DNA of 64,000 nt. Origin: Tubiluchus corallicola (taxonomy: Eukaryota > Animalia > Priapulida). The notes below the pieces were generated by a model. It had not been told where the DNA came from. It searched no databases and saw only the letters and a list, made by a program, of their open reading frames with translations. Location of the stretch: assembly GCA_030141605.1 (NCBI GenBank), contig JAQGDQ010000096.1, positions 558,001 through 622,000 on the forward strand. Reading direction: 5' to 3'. The position numbers and the translations under genes were made by a program. Positions within the stretch are counted from its first letter, which is position 1, and each line of letters opens with the position of its first letter. This document shows positions 49,075 to 62,300 of this stretch, piece after piece.

Positions 49075-50429
49075 GGTAACTTTCCTGCAATTATTAAAAC
49101 ATTCTTACACATCCTACAAAGTTTATGTAATAATGTAAGAGTACTAACGTAAAATTCTACACTACTTTACATTATATACTAATGTAAAATACAGTCACAC
49201 AGCAGTTCCTGTGATTTTTACATGTACTAAACAGAGTGGCTATCAAAATTTTATTGAAGAGAAGGTAGAAGAATGGCCCAGATAGTAACGGCATTTATCT
49301 TCGTGACCACGGCACATTGGAAGAACAGGAGGCACGGCATGCCGGTTGCTCCAATAATAATTATTGATCACAAAAATTTTGATTAGGGCTGTCATGTTTA
49401 CATGTTACTGATTTTTGCGAACTGTAAATGGCTTCCCTTCAGCTTACTTCTAAAATGATAGCACAGTGGTAAGGGGTCATCCACATATAGCAATATTAAG
49501 TTTTGGCTGATTTCGAGGAATTCTCTATCTAGCATTATAATAGCATTAATATATGCCCAACCACCTACCTGCCCCTTATATTGATATCGATATCACACCG
49601 ATGTAGCTTTTTGTACATTTTGTTCTTCCTCCTCTCACAAAGGCAGGCAAAATGGCTGTGCCCTTGTAGTGACGTGTGCTGCTGGCAAAAAAGGGTGAGT
49701 TCAGATTACGATATCTTGACAAAATCACCTACCTACCTTTCGTTAACATGGCATTATCACATCTCCTGTAACCTACCTATTCTAAATTTGATATCGTTAT
49801 ATGTGGATGGCTCCAGACAATAATAATGTTATGACTGTATAAAGTGCACTTGCTGCTGCTGGCGTACACTTGTTGGTTCAATTTGCTTGTAACTTAAACT
49901 GATAAGATAAGTCATGTCCAGGCTCCTGTTATTCTACTCCAAGGCTGTAGCTGTACCTATAGCTAATCATTCAATTACGCTGAATGATATAACAAATACA
50001 TTTCTGCGAAACACTTAGCAACTGCAAGAACACCTTGATGTTATATTCAAATCCGGTAGATGGCCCTTCCTGACGAAAATCCTGGCTTGGCAACAGAAAA
50101 AAACCGAAGCAAAATGACTGCTTCCCTGAGCTACTATCGGAGTTTGAGTTCAAGTTTTTCACAATTGCAATACTAGTTTCTAGTTAGAGAAGTGATACGG
50201 GGTTATAAAATTAGATTTTTAGTACATTTTGAACATTTTCTTGCTAATTTGATGTGATAATAAAAAAGTCCAATATATTTAGCATTAAATTTTGTTTTTT
50301 AAAAAACAAAAAATTGGCATTTGACCAAATTTTTGGTGTATTCTACTTTAAAGCATCATAACATAATTTTAATTATGCAGACTTATGGATGGTTTTAGTT
50401 TACGAGCACACACATAACAGGGAGTGTAG

Positions 50430-50630
50430 AATGTGGTCTTGCAGATATATAATGGAAGTTAAGTTTATATGAAAGAACTGAAATGCAATTACAATGGGAA
50501 GATTTGTTATGTCCTAAGTGCAGGATTCAGGAAGATACAACAGGACATGTATTAAGTTGCAAGAATTTGAATGAATAATAAATAAGTTTAATGTAGGGAT
50601 AGAGACTTAAAACAATAGAAATAAATACTC
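50430..50630 (+). mobile_element. LINE 3' zinc-knuckle fragment
   Basis: ELKCNY...DLLCPKCRIQEDTTGHVLSC, a CCHC-type tail of the same kind as 9350-9700. Confidence 0.55.
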
Positions 50631-50719
50631 TTCAATGATTAATAAGAGCATTTAGAGAAATTATGGAATCAAGAGATAATATTATAGCTGTCACAAAGGA
50701 AATATAATAAATGGGAAGG

Positions 50720-52200
50720 GTTTGTAGGGGCACAGTCTGGGACTGCACCTCTTGAACTAATTCCTTTATAGTTTTAGTCATATCTTGTACAGTGTCACTC
50801 AATTGATTGGTTACATTGGCCGCATTTTCACATATTGTGTCTATCTCCGTCAGTTCTGGGAGCGGCAATTGGGTTCTAACTGTTTTACAAATATCTTCTG
50901 CTGCCTGATCACATTGAGCAGTTTCAATAGGCGCTTCTAAATTCTCTGGTGGGTGTCGAATGAAATGTTTATGAATAGTATCAGAGACTAATCTGGGACA
51001 AAAATGTCTGAGTAAAGTCTCTTGAACATAAAGTTGATCAATTTCTCTCTGAGAATATGCCATATGAGTCAACCTATTTAACATGTCTGCAAAACTCGCT
51101 ACAAAAATTCTTTCATGGGTGCCACCAGAGGTTAAAAAATTTGATGCACAAGCAGCTAGGGGGTCTTGGGGAGCGTTGTAAGCTCCCCCAGCGGGGTTCA
51201 AGACCAATGCATTTTCTTGTATTTAAGCACAATTTGGAGGTCTCAAATGAGATCTAAATTCTGGTACATAGATTTCCTCAAACGTGCAAAATTCTGCTTT
51301 AATAAATATATTTTACCTACATTTACCTAGATAATATTCATTGTATTCTATTGTAGTAATCATATATCTTAAAAGCAAGTTCGTAATACAGTGCAATGCG
51401 GATAACCCATTACTTAAGCTTAATCTATTTAGTGCCAAGATTATCTACCCAGCAAAATGTGGATAGTCAAACATAAAACTGATTTGAGACTGTTAAGTTT
51501 ACAGACCATCCACTGTTCATACAAAATTTATTAAGTTTGCGTGAGTGCTAATTTTTTCCACTGGACACAACTAAATGCAATTTTCCTGCGTTTTAGACCA
51601 TTTTGTGGTTGCTAGTCTAAGCTATTTTCTCAGGCAAGTTCACCTCAAACTCGTGACTCATAATTTCACTACTGCCACGAAAGGGGGGCCCAAGCAGAAG
51701 TGCAGTTACAGTTGGTTAAAAACTGTCTACTAAACAACTGAGTAGACAATATACTAGACAATTGAGACAATACTGGACAGTGCCTAGACAACGGAAATCG
51801 ATTGGAGAATCGACACTACGTAAGTGATATACATAAGCATATACGTGCGTCCAGCTGTGCTTTCCTTTGTGGTAATTTTGACAGCCCAATGTGTGCTAAA
51901 TTCGTGTCTGTCAATGAAGCATATCGTTTTTTGAGTGTTGCTAGTACTTGCAACCAAGTCTGTTGGTGCATTTCATCTTTTTTGCTGTTAAGAAAACGCG
52001 CGGCTTCCCCTGTAACTGATTTGAACAATAATCTTAGAGTTGCATCAGTGTCTGTGGCAGACACATCTAAGTTTACGACTCGCTCTAGTTCGTCAATGTA
52101 CTTTTTAAAGTCTTCAGACGTGGCTCCCTTGCCTAAAAATTTTGGTGTGCCTTTTAACTGTTAAGTGACATTAAATGAGTTACCCAAGCTAGTATTAATT
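50720..52200 (-). mobile_element. LTR-retrotransposon gag-like remnant split by an insertion of about 0.7 kb
   Basis: 52165-51860 reads TPKFLG...FKKYIDELERVV...LFKSVTGEAARFL...TWLQVLATLKKRY...LSKLPQRK. About 51110-50720 reads VASFADMLNRLTHMAYS...LLRHF...HPPENLEAPIETAQ. Together these fit the capsid-domain pattern of Ty3/gypsy gag. Confidence 0.6.
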
Positions 52201-53337
52201 TGGACGCCCAAATTTTGAGTTTGATCAACTCTTCCATTCTGGTCTTGCACACTTAGGTCATACTAATCTTGGAAAAGGTGAAGAGGACCCAGTGAACCGC
52301 TGACTGCAAAGCAGTAAAATTAACGATTATCACCATGTAATACATACTTAGAAAGAAAATTATCAAAAATTATGAATACACTGAATACACACGACAACGG
52401 GCGCAGACATGTCTTTAAACGAGTGTTAGTTGATATTTTAAACTTTGCAACGCATTTCAGACATCACCATAACTACAGTATTGCTGAATTCGTCTACCTC
52501 CATGATGTTTTCACACCACATAGTGTACATGCACTTCGCCCTTTTTTCCTTCTGGTGCCTATTTCATTGCTATCTCACAGTCATTTGCACCTTTCCTCAA
52601 ATCACACCAAATCAAACTTTTTTTAAAATCGGGTTTTACATAAACATAAAAAACACTGGCTTCTAGGAGTTATTAAGCAGACTCATATAACAAAACTAAT
52701 GTACAGGAATAAAATAGTGCTTAAGTGGTAAAAATACTTTACAATTATACATCTAAATAAAATTCTTTGGATCCTAGAGGACAGTTTTTCTTGTTTCTTA
52801 CTCCATTTCAACTTTCATTCACAACTCCTCCCACACCTATGTATATATTATCATTATCTCACTATATGCATCAAAATTATTGTGCAATGTAATTTGCACG
52901 TGTATATGTTAGCTGCTAAAGACTATTTTTTGTATTTTCTGTACTATTATTGCATTTGTATTTATATTTACTTTAATGGATAATTATCTGAATTTCAATG
53001 ATAATTGTAAGATGCAGTGCGGAATGCATGAAGTCTTGAACTCTTTGTTTACAAAAGAAATGGTGTGGGATATTATTTACTCTTGCTATTATTCCTAATG
53101 TTAATAATATGTTGACTTATTCATTTTATAAAAAAATATTGAAAGATAAAGATTAATGATTCTATGACACACGTTTTGATTTGATTTCCTTAAGAGCATA
53201 GTTACGGAAAAGATTTATTCCATCACACGGTGCGTCAGCAATCTAAGAAAGTTATTGTTGTTGCTGACGCTACAAGCGGCAGAAGCAATGTGGAATGGGA
53301 ATTATTAGATTTTATATGTGCAAATATCGTACAGAAA

Positions 53338-56300
53338 ATGTTGTTTAAACTTAAATACATATTGTTGTGTTTTACGATTAGCGTATTCTATGGTAATACC
53401 TACATAAGTATAGAATATTCGTTATAATTTGTAATAGCAAATAATTATCAATAACCTTATTATAGTTATACAAATTACAATTACAAACCTTGTCCTCTAG
53501 TCTGGTATTATCCTGACTGTCTATAAATATTATTGAATACACTTAATGTTAACCAAAAATTTTTTCCAAAATTTTTAAATAGCAGCCATTTCCCGACATT
53601 TTTAAGTAGTGTGCCTGATACTGCATTACCACTGTACGGTACCAGTCCTTAAGGCTGCCAGGCCATAGAAACTCATGCTTCATGCCTCACGCTTCATACT
53701 TCATGCTTCACGGCCCACTGGGCCATAGGGGCTCATGCTCTCACGCTTCACACACGAGTCTGCGTTGCGCATTCAAAATGGAATCATCTGACGAGGAAGA
53801 TTTCTTGATTTTGTTGTGTCTCAGAAGAAGGAAGCGAAAGAGACGGAGAATATGGTGCCGGGAGCATTTTTTGCTCAGAGAATCCAGAGGAGAATTTCAG
53901 CGGACATTTCAACACCTCGTGGACAATCCTGATGAAGAACTATTTCATAATTATACAAGGATGTCGTACAAGACTTACAGTACATTAAAGTCCCTCGTGC
54001 TAGGACATCTGAAGCCATGCCATTCAAATTGGAGGAGGCCAATCGAAGCAGAACAAAAGCTCATCATAACTCTCAGGTGGTAATTACTAGTCAAAGTATG
54101 TTTGTCAGATAAGCATGCACTGACATGACCACATAAAAAAGTAGATCTAAACACCCCCCCCCCCCGATAAAAAAGAAAGGCCACACAAAAATTCCAAAAT
54201 GTTTTTGAAGGGTAAAATTTAATTATTTTATGTTTTTCAGATATACTGACATGACCATATAATAAAAACAAAAACCGAAAAACGAAAGTGAAAAATTTGA
54301 AAAGGTTTAGGTCACAATGTCCCGTTCTAACTCTGATCGTGAAATGAATAGTCCTCAGGACCATGAGCAGTCAAAAACGCTCTGATATCCAGTCTGCCCC
54401 CGGACTCACGTCTCGAAAAAGTGAACATGTTCACTTCTAGCTTCACGCGTGAGTCGTGAAGCTTGAAGTGTGAGGCGTGAGCGGAGGTCTATGGCGCACC
54501 GCAAATAAGATTACGTTTGTTCATTTTTCCACTCACGCGTTTAGACGTGAAGTATGAACGTGAGGCATGAAGCGTGAGTTTCTATGGCCTGGCAGCCTTA
54601 TGTAGTCTCTTTGCCTGAACAATGATGTTGGGAGCCGAGTGGACCACTGCGCCAAGTAGACCAATTGGTCTACTTGGGCTAGCCCAAGTAGGACACTAGA
54701 GACAGGTCGCGAATTGAGTCGTTAAGTGTACTGACACCGTCCATTGTGCTTGTTTATGTAATAATAATATTAATAATTAAAAACGTTAGTACACGTTGAA
54801 TAATTTATTATACATCTAATAAAATAAAAGAATTTTATTCTGAGCTGGTAGAACGGACAATATTAATTTTGGTTTCGATATTAATGTTGTTGAAGTGAAA
54901 AAAACCACTTTTTTGCGAATACAAAATTTGTTTAAGGTATATCATTTTTGATTTTGTCTCACTTCACAAACAGGTGATCCGTTTCACTACCTCTTGGGCA
55001 AATAATTGTTTTCTTATAAGTAAACGTTCTAGCAATCTATGTGTCCTACATGGGCTAGCGAGCCATGTAGGACAGTGCCCTACATGTTACAATACTACTG
55101 ATAATATTAAAACTAATTATCCTTGCTTTTCTTAAATGTTAAAAATTACTTTTTGGTGTTGTGAAGGCTTAGCAGCATCTGTCTTATTTTTAAATTTGCA
55201 ATTATTTCTGTAAATAATAAAATGAAGAAACTTTCACAGAATTTTCAAAAATTTGACAAAATTACCGATTCTCGACAAAAATCGCTAGTGTCCTACTTGG
55301 GCTGCCCATGTAGGACACTACTTTTAGCACATCAAGTGGTCTACTTGGCGCAGTGGTCCACTCGGCTCCCAACAAATGAAGCTCTTGACACTCAGCCTTT
55401 TCCACATAAATTACATTCTTGTTAAAATAGATTTGTTCACAGTTTCAGCAGAAAATACAAAGGTGGCAAGCTGCCTGCTAAAATGGCTTTGGGGTTTGTA
55501 GAAGTGGATCTTATCCTAGCTTCTAAATGTTTATCCGAACAATTCTTAAACATGTCCACTGTGATACATCCACACCATGTCGTTATTCGTAAACGTAAAA
55601 TTTTGTGTGTATGGCCTCTGTTTCTTTTCTCTTTACGTCATTCCAAACATATTCTGTATATTCTATTCTATATAATATTAATATTCATAGGAAAATAGTA
55701 ACCTCTGAACTTCTTGTAGATTAACTTTGAGCAGTAAAGTTCCAACAGTCTATTTTCGTAGTACTCTAGACTTGAAATTGTGCACATCATGTACAGCATC
55801 CTGATTGGTCTTTCACGTTTTATGTTATCACTAATATTCATAAATGATAATAATATTTTTTTGCAGGTGAGGTTAGTCAGATGATTCAGACAAGATTTTA
55901 ACTTAACAGAGCTATATTTATATTCTACTTTTTAATGTTGGAACTATTATAACTGTCAATTTTATGTTAAGTGACATTGCAACACATTTTTTAGGTGCCA
56001 ATTCAAAGAAAGTCTCAATCAGAATTGTCGACAAGCCACACAACAATGGGTAAGAAAAATTTAAATACTTGAACATCAGCAGCACTTATCGTAATATATG
56101 TAGTGAAGATCGGGTGCGATTGCCAAGAGCAGTAATATACAAGCCCTAGCAGACTTTTATGCCTGAAATGAATGTATAAAAGCCAAAAATTGTAGTATTG
56201 TGCAGTAAGCCTTTTCACAGTTCCAGTGCTTGATGATGATCGTGAAGAGATCAAAGGTTAAGTGTACCAGGCAACGCATTTGTGTCCACTTGACATTGCC

Positions 56301-59300
56301 TCGCAACCCTTGCCATTGTAATAGCAATAGTTTTAACAACTAGCTACAACTTACTTAGTTCATTTTTTCTTGTTTCCAAGCAAGATTCTGTTAGTAAATC
56401 ATTCTATGCACTTGTAGACTAATGCATAGTTATGTAAAGTTTGTGTAAAACAACTGAAGTTATTGAACTGGTGCAGCAAACAGCTTTGCTTTACACACAT
56501 ATCACATGACGGTTGTAGTTAAGACAGGTTACTGTGGTACACTTAACCCCTGACATGTAGCAACTATGCATGTGCATAATGTAACTGTGAGAAGGCTTAT
56601 TCAAGAAGAATTCTTGAGTATCGTTTCTGAAGGAATTTCGCTGCTCCTAAAAACACGGAAATTTTCTACTACGTAAATAGACTATTGCAATTTAATTTTG
56701 CTTTAGAGATAGATAATTATTAAAATAGGTTTGACATTAATTTGCATTTACAGTAAGTTAACTTTAGATACAGTGTACTGGAGATGTTTGAAACTGATGA
56801 TTGAAGTTACACTAACCTGTACCTAGAATATAATTGTGGGCAAGAATGTAGAACCTGTCTTTGCTTTAAGTCTGCATTGGAAATGATCCTTCATTTGAAA
56901 AGTATAGCAGAGAACTTATAACCTACTTTGAAAAAACTTTTTAGGTTAAAAGTTTCTTTATCTGAGTGTAACAGTTACAATATAGTTAATAGCAGGAGAG
57001 GTGGTCACTGAATGCAATCAGTGATGGCTTAGAGGTTAGGTACCTAAACAATGTCTATTCAGAAATAGGCATTTGAACAGTTCAATGAAATTTTTTATGT
57101 GTTGTGGTATCATAATTGACGTCTAACATAATGTCAATCATTTTCCTTGACTGTCCAATCAGCGTGCAAGTTATTTCACACACCCCTGCAGCAGGTACGT
57201 TCGGAACATTTAGCTCCGTCTAAACTGTTATGAATAATACTCAACTTTTCATTAGTTAGCGGGAGAAATATTGGTCTGGTTCTAGATTTAATTATTGTGA
57301 ATTTGGAATTGCATGTAAATTAGTGGAAATATATATAGTCTAGTTTTGTTTATGGGAAGAAATGCACAACGCTTACATCTATGAGTTGCTGACTAAACGA
57401 TTTTGCAATCAAGAAAATATGCATTTAGTTTATGTTTAGTTTAGATTATGGCTTTGCTAAAAACAAATAGATAAAAACAACTATTTGATTAACTTTAAAT
57501 GAGGACAAAACAAAATGTTTTCTTTTCTGGCCCGTATTTTATAAACCTCAATGAGATCTTCACAGTCAAAATTAATTCAAATATGGTCAAAACTTATAAA
57601 CTTATATTATACGTCAATGTAATATTAGCTAATTTTACGCTATTTTTCTGGTCATAATCAAGATTAAAAGATACCATTGGGATTTATGTGAATCGGGCAT
57701 TCAATATAAGGGTTGTCTGTGGAATGGAACAGTCAAATTAATTCCATTTTCATAGCCTGACAAACGAAAAAATACAAAAACTTAATAAATCTTGCAGACA
57801 AGCACATGATCAATTAATATAGAAAAATACATCGCAGGCTTGATGTTCGTATGTGTAAAGGCAAGAGAGACCTAATATTTTTGTTGCTCATTTATCGCAA
57901 AGCAAAGCTAATTGGCTTAATTTATTTATTAATCTTATGTCTCTGTATTTTGTAGTGGTTTGAAACTTCGTCTCTACACTGTATAAATTGAAAAGTCATT
58001 TTTTGGCTACTTAAAGTGTTAATTTCGTTTAAAAATAGTTGCTGCTTTGCAAATCTGTGTTTATGAAAAAGCGCAATCAGTTTGTCTGCTGATTAGACAT
58101 TAGTTGTGACTGTCATGTTGTTTAGTTCAGTTTAACTTAGCTTAGACAGTTGTTATTCAGTGTGAGCTGTTGTCCCGAGTGTTGCTGAGCGTGCTTACGT
58201 TGCAGCGGGGGCGGAGCGATAGACCAATATGCTTGACGTCAATAGGAGAGTGAGTAAATGATTATACATTGCTTTGTGGTTAGTAGTAGATTCCTGAGTC
58301 TGATTAGTTGGAGAAAATGTTTGTGGCCTTTGGGGTGTGATTAGGATATCAAGGTATTAAGCAAATAAGTCGAGATAATTACTCCAGTTTACTTCGAGTT
58401 ACGTGTGAGGTACTAATAAGATACAGACAATAAATGTAAACTTCTTTACAAATGTTTCTAAATACTCACTACTGTTTTAGCTAGTACAAAAATGTGCTCA
58501 ATGTGCAGAAGTAGGCCTACATATGCTTTCAACTTGCTACTGTCTGCAGAGATTTTCTTGCTCATCAATTGTTAAAAAAACCATTCTTGTTCTGACCTTG
58601 TTCAGAACAGACAATTTCCAGATTTCCTATATGAAGGTTGTCACAAAATAAGAATAATTGTGTTTGGTAATAACAAAGTTGTGTTCTGTTTTCAGAGCGT
58701 TTGATTTTGGGGACAATTCTGGACCCGAAGAAAAAGTCCTGATGTTGAACGTTCAACCTGCACCGTTTTCGGGGCCACCACAATTTCAACGTTTAGTTGG
58801 AAAATGCTTCACTTACACGACAGACAAGTATGTTGTTATGTTGTTGCTAATCCAGTTTTTGTGCATCCGGTCGAAGAGCCCTGAATTCTGGATTTAACTT
58901 TCATCAGCTGCTAACTAACTTTGACTTTTCAGATATAAATGTGAGGGAAAAAGTAAAAGATTTTGGCAGGTTTAGTTGTCCTGCATCTATATGTAATCCC
59001 ACATGAATTCAGAATTACATAGCACACATAAAAAATTGAAAACAGACTATAAAAATTATTTACAATAAAAAATGTTGAGTTAATAGAATAATAATAAAAT
59101 GTCTAGGGAAGGTGCCTATAAAAATTGCACTTATTAACACCTATTTTGTTAATAGTGCAATTGACATTATGTGACTCAATTACACCGCAGTGTAGAATAT
59201 TTTCATGCAAATCAGTCATTTCTCTTAAAACACCAATTTTACTTTTAATATCAACAAGAATTTTCTTATAGTAATTATTTACAATGTCAGTATTTAGAGA

Positions 59301-62300
59301 TGTCAAATTATGAGTCACATATCTTATTTCTGAGCATAATGTTTCTGTGACATTGTTACAAAAGGATGAAAATTGGTTACAAGTAGCAGTGTGAGCCACG
59401 TGAGTAACCATTGGCACGTGATGATATGAGTCACATATCTTATTTCTGAGTATAATGTTTCTGTGACATTGTTACAAAAGGATGAAAATTGGTTACAAGT
59501 AGCTGTGTGAACCACGCGAGTAACCTGTGGCACGTGATGATTTAAAACATGGTTTCCAAATTTGCTGAATCTTAGTTTAAAATTGATTTCTGAAGGTAAA
59601 CAATCAGAAAGAACAGTAATGATATTACAGTATGTTCTAGGATATAAGCGCCATATTTTTCGAAGAGAATTTTTCCATGCAGCACATAATTTAGCAACAG
59701 TGATTAGATATGTTCTAAAATGGTATGCCGTAAAAACTACAACAGTATTGTTTAAACAATTTACATTGTAAATATATATTCTGTATGATGTTTTACCTGT
59801 ACTAATAATGTTTGATGTTTTCACAGTTATCATTATTTGCTAGAATTCTGAAAAGGCTTAGTTCTTGAATGTAAAAGGCATGAGAAAAAGTTTAAAGTTG
59901 TGGCAGATTCATCTGTATGTATCCATTGTAACGTTTTACAAATTATCATTGCAGATACAAGTACGAGTTTTGTCCATTTCACAATTTCACACAGCATGAG
60001 CAGAGCATGAGGTGGAACCCTTACAGTGGTGTGGTTGGGTAAGTGTTACCCTTATCATACATGAATTGGGGACCCGAAATGGACACTCTCATTTTCATCC
60101 TTGTATTTTGTGTTATAACTTTATAACGTGTCATGCTGCCAAGTTGCTGAGCCAGATAACTAGGATTTTTATATGTAAACCGCCAAGTAATCAGTGATGA
60201 AGTGATGAGTGCTTATATTGACTCTTTCTCTGCGTATTTGCTTTCTAAATGGGCTGCATTATTTTTGCATATTTGACAATAACTTCTTGTGGTGTGTTAT
60301 TAACACAGAATCTTTTAAATAGACAAATATTTGTTTGTTATTAAGCACTAATATTGAATATTAGTTTTATTTGTACACCCTCGCACACATGTGCACACAT
60401 ACATGCACTCACTCACGCATGCGTGCATGTTCACACTTACACAAATAAGCGCGTACTTATATTTTTAGAAACCAATTTCCATACTTTGCAATCAGTTTAT
60501 AAGAACAAGCTACTAAACACACCAATCATCAGCTAGTGATTTTGAGTGAGAACGTACCATACACTACAATATTGTAGAATGCACTTGGCTGCAGACGGTG
60601 ATTGGCTGGTCAGCGTTACTTGTTGCGAAGCAACCCCAATCCCATGACTGTTAAATTTTTCTACAGTGCTTTTGTATGACCATAGCGGCAAAACAAACAG
60701 ACCCCGGGTGACAGTGGTTCGTGATAATCTGTGATAAATCTGTGATAATACAAAATTCTAACAAATTGTGACTGTGTTCTGTCATTTGTTGTTAAAAAGT
60801 TAAAGTAGCGTTGCTGGAAAATAGAGGCTAGATGTGACTAATGCTAGATGCTAGATGAAAATATATACATTGTTTGATTGAATAGTGGAATTACTGCTTA
60901 GGTAAATTGTTATTTCAATGTTAGTGTGTGGCAGCAGTGGCAAATTACCAACAATACCTTTGAAGCCATGTTGATGGAAGAGGGTGAGCCATGTGGCAAT
61001 ATTACTAGGACGGTTGCAGTAAGTGCCATGTTTCATTTAATCTCATTAACTAATAACATCAGGCACGTCATCAAGAGTAAAGAAAATAAGCTAGAAAGTT
61101 GTGTGTTACAGTATTCAGTGTTTATTATGTTAAAGGAAAACGGTTCCCAGTTTTAGGTTATAACTCAGATGTAGCAACAGTGTAAAATATTTCACGTGCA
61201 AATTATTATTTTTAAATGACATGTGTTAAAGAAGTGTTACCCCAGAAGCTTATTTTACCAGTTTCTTAGTGTTGTCCACTTGCAGCCATATTCAGCTAGA
61301 TGGGCAGCAACATTTGATTCTTGGAAATGCTGTTAAAAATTCAGCTCTGTATCGAATTAACAGAACGGTTGATAATTAGACAGTCCACTTGTGATGTCAG
61401 GCTAGCCTCATGAAATGACACAATAGGTCAGCTATAAACTAGAAATCCTGGATGGTGGTCCTCCGGTCGGCCACAAAAAAATCGTTTTTGTCTTATCTGT
61501 TGAGCTCAAATGATGTCAGTAGGGAGGGAGAAAACATTTTTTTAAAGCTTTTTGAATGTTTAAAGGAGAATCATGGAATATTTAAAATCAGTTGAAATCA
61601 GAGTTTGTTTATTTCCCACTGGTTAGCAGGAATGTTTTAAATTTTTTCAATGCACATTTTTTCACCCTTTTTTATTTAGTTTCGCATTACTAACTTATCG
61701 TATAACGATCAAATTATTAATAAAAAATCATAAAATTATATATTATAAAATTTATCGGCCGGGTGTGCGATAAAAAATATTACCCAGGTGATTAGTTGGA
61801 AAACAGAAGCATTTTCTTGTCAGCTTCAGTTGGGTGGCCAAGTTGTATAGATTTTATATTTCAACCGCATGGCCTTGAGTTTGAGACTAGCAGCTGTCAA
61901 TGCCATGTTATTTGTTATTTTTGCATTGCCTCTTTCCCTGTATTGTTGTAAGTGTAAGTTGCTAAGTAAACATTTGTGCTAATGTTGTCTGTTAAATGAG
62001 TGACAATAAATAAATATTGTCTTTGTCTAAATTGTGAAGTCAAAATTTGCTTACTTTTTGTCTTCACCTCAACGTTTGCCATGTTGCAATTTTTGCTTTT
62101 GCAAACAGGTTCAAACACTCAGGAAGGCATTGCTATCATTGTTTTTATTATAACTTTATTTGAGTATATAAACATATACATGCGCCTTCTATATGCAGGG
62201 CTATAACTGCTAACAGTATTTACATGACATTTTTAACAATTGTTGTAGCATTGTGTTAGTATTAGCTGCTTAACTGACTTTGACATCGATTACATAAGAT

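Noticed and set aside
56221-56257. Possible extra GNPTG exon (cag|ttccagtgc...aaag|gttaag), and a similar candidate at about 58207-58249
   Set aside because: Not needed, because exon 2 joins exon 3 in frame with good homology. The first candidate introduces a stop in the required phase and neither has homology support.
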